DNA of 55,592 nucleotides, the filler included, from Platydemus manokwari (lineage: Eukaryota): NCBI GenBank assembly GCA_037951405.1. It is 4 parts of 4 records of this genome, joined end to end, with 100 filler letters (N's around TTAATTAATTAA, not from the genome) between each part and the next. Parts side by side here need not be neighbours in the genome. Positions count along the whole stretch, not along the records: positions 42,935 to 55,592 come from JBBMOY010022237.1; 3 more parts are not named here. The stretch is one strand, 5' to 3'. Numbering within the stretch: the stretch's first letter is position 1; every line of letters begins with the position of its first letter. Positions 50,308 to 55,592 of this stretch are shown in pieces. The position numbers were made by a program, and so were the translations under genes. Below the pieces are notes generated by a model. It was given only the letters and a program-made list of their open reading frames with translations, did not search any database and was not told the DNA's origin.

Positions 50308-52380
50308 TTACTTTATATTTTTTTAAGGGTGCACAACAAGAAAGAAAAAAATAATATTAAGATTGATCATAATATTACTTTAGAAAATAATTTTTTCCGA
50401 ATTTATTTATTTCCATGAGATTGGCTTTATTAATTTGCAAAATTGAAAATGTTTGTGAAATATCTTCCATATTAAATTATATATTTTTAGATAAATCAAA
50501 TAAATAAAACGAGGAATTCATTGTTGCTATGTCTGATTAAACTAAAGAAAATGTAAATGTAGATAACGTTATAAAATAAAGAAAGCTTTTTAAAATCGGA
50601 AAATAAATGCAATTTAACAAATGTATTTGTAATTAGCATAATATTTCTATTAAAACAAATATTAAGATTTTTAGAAAGGTATAATTGATCGTTATATTTA
50701 ATGATGATAAAAATAAACTTTAAACAGGAATATAAATAATAATAAATATTTCCTGAATAAAAGTCGAAGGGAAATTATGTCTCGAATCTTTAAAGTGCTG
50801 CATGTCTGAACTTACTTTTAATCCACAGTATGATCTGAAGTTATTAGAAAGATTAAATACTAATACACCAGTTCAAGTAAATTATTTAAATAAATTTTTA
50901 AATGCAATTGATATTCTTGAAGGATCAACATATACTTATAAAATCGTAATATCAAAAAATAAATCGTGACATATAATAATTGGATTTAAAGATACTGAAA
51001 TTATTTTAACAAAAAATAATTCAAATTTTATTCGAAATATTTGAAATGATAAAATAAAATACATAAGAATAAAATTAAATAATTCACATTACCCAATGAA
51101 TAAAATGATATTTGATTATTCATCTAATAATCAGGTTGCAATTTACTTAGCTTAGGTAAATTTATGCAAATGTTTCTTTGTATATGTCGAACATTTGTAA
51201 GTCCAGCAGATGAAAGATGCAGGCAATCTATTAGTTTGGATTAGTGTATTGCTTAATGTCGTTTTATTGATGATTTCTACAGTATAGTAAAATCGCATTG
51301 GTAACTCTACACTAGCCATTCTTATTTCGATTAAAATTTAATTTATCGTATATATTTGATGCGAAATGAATTAACATTTGTATTTACACAGATTTTTGGT
51401 TTCTTGACTTTTCAGTTCGTTTTTAATGTGTGACTTTTAAAATAGTAGCCGATAACATATGATATATTTCCTCAGGACTTTTGTAAGCTTTTATTTATAA
51501 TTGTCCTTATTAGAAGTAGGTTTAAGTGTTATGCATTCTCCTATTCGACTACATAATCACCACGCGAGTCGTTCTGTTAACTTTTTAATCAAATTTTATT
51601 TTCCTTTGCTTTCGATACAATTAAAGTGCTTTCATAAGTTCCTGATCGTTTGTGCGTTGACCGTTAATTACAAGTCACAATGTGTACAAGTACATACATT
51701 TTACAAGTTATTGTTAAGTATCATTCACACTTACAATAACATCGCATAATATCTATAAATTTTAACTTCCGTCAATCAGCTCGGTTTACACATTCTCATC
51801 ATCTCTGCAATTGAATGTTAGCTGCATATTCAAATCTAAGAAATCTACCCAAGCTCTTCATTTTTAACATGACTTACCTCTCTTTCAGAACACTCTGATT
51901 TGTGTCAATCAGTCAACAACAACTCCATGTTATCTACTAAAACTGTATTCGAAATCCAATGACACACTATCCCAATTTATCAAGACGCTTTTTTATCACT
52001 TACGCATATTTCAAAAGATGTCGCTCTGCCATAATCGATATTTACAGAACGTAAGCTACTCTCTTTAATCTCCTAAGGCAAAATCGGTGTACTTCTAACC
52101 TAGCCATTTTCGAATGTTTCATCATCAGGAAAAAAAATCAATAAGAAACATCAGTTTTCATAATCCCGATCAACTGGACTGTAGACGAATTTCTATTTGT
52201 TCAAGGAACCTTACCTAAACAAAAATTTGAAAATCCTATTTTAAATTCAATATGAAGCTAAACTTGCTTATGTGAAATTAATATTGACTTTTTAAAATCC
52301 TCTAACCATTTTAGCCAATATTGTTTTACTTAAAGTTTTACAAGTTTGGGTTATTTTTCTGGAGAAGCTTTGGATGTTTC

Positions 52381-53560
52381 TCAAGATCTCCTTTCGTAGT
52401 TTTTCTGTATTGTGATTTGTTGTAGCAAATCCTCATTGTTGTTATTGATTAAATTTACACTTCCATTGGTATGGTAGCTTAATTCCATAATAATTTTCTT
52501 CACTTTCTGCATTTCTGCTGGCGTCATCTTAATGAGATTTTCGTATATGTTGTGCAGATTTCTCGTTCTCTTCATCTTCTAATTTAAAATATTTCCGTTT
52601 TAAGTTGCGATTAATTCTTTGGAAAATGATAGGTAGTCCGAATGATGTGTTAATATTGATTTCTTTTGATGAGATATTCTAAAGAATAAATTAATTGAAT
52701 TATAGCAAAACTTGCATTGCTAATTTCGCCAGGTGTTGCATTTATCGAGAGTTTAAAATTCTATATAATTTCATTTAAAGTCTTATTTGTTTCAAGTCTC
52801 CAACTGGTAAGTGATCTTTAGCTTTATTTTGTACAACAGGGGCAAATAAACGTTCAGCAAAATCACTGATACCTCGATTTAACCAAATTTTTGAATATTA
52901 ATTTGCTTCAGCTTCAGAATTTATTGTGTTTTTAAGGAAACAATATTTTCTAATTCTTTTATTCTTTTATTTATGTCAAAAGTTCCCATTTATAATTTAT
53001 AATTTTACATTGTTTTCATTCTTTGGCATAGATTGTAAATACATTCGTAGGAATTAATTCTTTATTTCTATCGAAAGCTATATATTTAAAGTTCTCATTC
53101 CAGTGTTTATTTACAAGAACTTGATTTTCATCTTGATGAACAGTTTTTGAAAATATTATTAAATTATCGTATTTCAAAATCCTGGTGTTAATGATATTTC
53201 AAAAAGTAATTGATTTTTACTACATTCTGAATATCCAACAATTAACATTTTAAAAGATGAAGGAATATTTGTATGGTTATTACTTATTATTTTATTCCTT
53301 CTCCAAACAAAGGTCATTTTTAATATAAAAATTGAGAAAGACAAATAATTTTTAACAACGTGAAATCTACTTAACAATCAGTTCTATCTTTAAAATTCTT
53401 TATTAAGTGATTCTGATAATTTTTGGAAAACTGAAATATAATACCAATCCACTTTATCTTGAAATTTTTGGATAACATATGCAGATAATTTTCGATTATC
53501 TGAAATAGCTTCCCAATTCACTTTACCTTGAAATCTTTATTAATGGATTCTGAAGGTTAG
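52381..53560 (-). mobile_element. Polinton/Maverick remnant: Trp-repeat protein, packaging ATPase N-terminus, downstream ORF fragments
   Basis: 53530-53390: FQGKVNWEAISDNRKLSAYVIQKFQDKVDWYYISVFQKLSESL (~23-aa Trp repeats). 53300-53090: NIPSSFKMLIVGYSECSKNQLL...PGF/KYDNLIIFSKTVHQDENQVL (decayed Walker A of an A32-like ATPase). ATG at 52989: MGTFDINKRIKELE...ERLFAPVVQ. Confidence 0.72.
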
Positions 53561-54169
53561 GATTTTTACAATCTAACCTAAGGATTTTTTCATGTAAATT
53601 TTTTCTACAATATGGACATTTATCATCTTTATATTTTTTATTACATTTTCACACATAATTTTTACAAAATGTAAGAATAAATGTATCCCCATAACATATT
53701 ATACGTTCTACGGAATGTTCTCATTTTTAAGTAATCTTTTTCCATTTACTTCAATAAATTTTACATTTACTTATCCTTAATTTTGAGTTATTTTTAATAT
53801 TTAAAAATGAGTAAATTCACTGAAGCTGACACCGAGGACGATATTTTTCTCAAATTTGTAATTAAACATTTCTAAATTTATTAAAGCAAAGCATCAAAAA
53901 TCCAGATATCATACGAATAGTATGAATAGCATAAATTATGTGAATCATATGAATAAAAACACAAATAGTATGAATGGTATGAAAAGTTGAGCACATAAAT
54001 CGAAGATTATAGACGGAATAGAGTTTCAAGTAGAATTTGTATTAGAGTTACAGTGGAAGAAGAACTCTCGGCATAAAGAAACAGAACTAAACACCCTTAT
54101 CCGCGAGATAACAGCAAGATTTGGTAGCATTACAACTGATGAAGATAGATTTACAAAAACAAAAGAATG

Positions 54170-54790
54170 TCTGGTGGTAAAGGAAGGATCTCGACAATTG
54201 GAAATATTTAAAACGAATAGTAATCTATTCGTGGAAGATCATTTGGATATTGGTTTTGCAAAGTTAATAAATTTAGAAGAAAAGATAGAAGAGGCAATCA
54301 AGAATTTAAGAGAAAACGACATTATAATAAAATGCAATTTACCGTGGAATACGCTACTTGCATGTATATGGAAAAAATGCCTTGTTTTTAGACAACTAAA
54401 TTTAATATCGAAGAGTCAAGCGTTTCCCATACCAAATATAGAAGAACTATTGGACACCCTAAACAAGCCTGAGTATTTCACATCGATAAACTTGGGAAAT
54501 GCATATTATCAGGTAGAGCTTGACAAAGAATTACAAGAAAAAACGGCATTCTCGACAAAAGAGAGGCAATAGTGTTTTACTCGGATGCCGTTTGGGATCG
54601 CAGCAGCACAGGAACATTTCAAGAATTAATGACAAAAATACTATAGGATTTGAGAAAAATAGGGGTCATGGTATATTTTGACGATATATTAATATTTGCA
54701 AGAACGATAGAAGAACAGTACGAAATACTGGGAGAAGTAATAAAAAGAATAGGAAATGCAGGACGAATCTTTGGAATAAATCTAAAAGAT
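54170..54790 (+). mobile_element. Decayed Ty3/Gypsy reverse transcriptase
   Basis: FRQLNLISKSQAFPIPNIEELLDTL...YFTSINLGNAYYQVEL...EKTAFST..*CFTRMPFG...TFQELMTKI...VMVYFDDILIF, with a stop and frameshifts. Confidence 0.93.
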
Positions 54791-55592
54791 AATCTGTAGG
54801 AAAACATTTTTTACTAATATTTAGGTATCAATTAAGTTTTAAATATTATATAATTTGTGAATTCATATTAATCAACTACAAATAGTTATATGGAAATTAT
54901 ATTCGAAATAATATAGTATTGAGAAAATAAAAGATTTTCCAGAAAACAATTATCCGAAATAAATTTGATGATTTTAGATATCACATAATTTTAATTTGAA
55001 ATAAATTTCAATTCCACTCATTTTTATTTATAATACAAATTTCGTTTACGTGTTTTTGTCCCGATTTCAGCGAAACGGACGGACTTCGTCCATGGCTTGG
55101 AAATTTATGGTGACATAACTTGAATTCTTGTTTGACAAATTAATTAATTAATTTAATAATGTTTGTAATTCATAATTCCAATAAAGCATGACAACATAAT
55201 CGCCTTGTGTATTTAATTAATTACTTTTATTATGAATAATTATCAAATTTTATTGGATTAAAAAAAAGATTTAAACATTTGGAATTAAAAAATTAGGAAA
55301 ACATCCAATAACTGTTAACATATTTCTACCAAATCTCAGGAGTGATTGTTGTAGAATTCAGTAATAAATTACTACTATTAAATTGGCATACTTGTTTGTC
55401 ATAATAAGAAGATAACCAATGTCATTTCTGACAATCAATTATGGGTTTCCTTCCTGCTAATGACAATTCAATTAAATTATATGATTTTAGCCCATTATTA
55501 GGCAAATATTTCAAATATTTTTCAATAGAAAAATGATAAACAAAATTTTAAAATATCACATTTAAAATTGATTATTTTGTAAAATTTGTGTA

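Overview
Very AT-rich eukaryotic (animal) DNA with short GT-AG introns of about 42-65 nt. The window is not contiguous: four contigs (1-11356, 11457-33222, 33323-42834, 42935-55592) are joined by artificial 100-nt linkers (N44-TTAATTAATTAA-N44). Spliced genes reconstructed by hand: the 3' part of a tyrosinase (+), a complete 13-exon DNA topoisomerase III beta (-, 846 aa), two tandem SLC52-family riboflavin transporters (-; one complete at 441 aa, one missing its first exons) and a 2-exon COA7/Sel1-repeat gene (-, 224 aa). The remainder is mostly decayed mobile DNA: two Ty3/Gypsy pol remnants, a gag-like region between long direct repeats, two Tigger/pogo transposase copies, a hAT end and Polinton/Maverick remnants (integrase, packaging ATPase, Trp-repeat protein). 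There are also several decayed host-gene fragments and a three-copy intron-containing repeat of unknown identity. Intron size, base composition and gene content are compatible with a planarian flatworm, but that is inference only. No CRISPR, rRNA or tRNA was seen, and I cannot support a new biological system with confidence. The best leads are the unknown repeated exon-intron module, the GC step inside TOP3B, the Polinton remnant and the gag/direct-repeat element.
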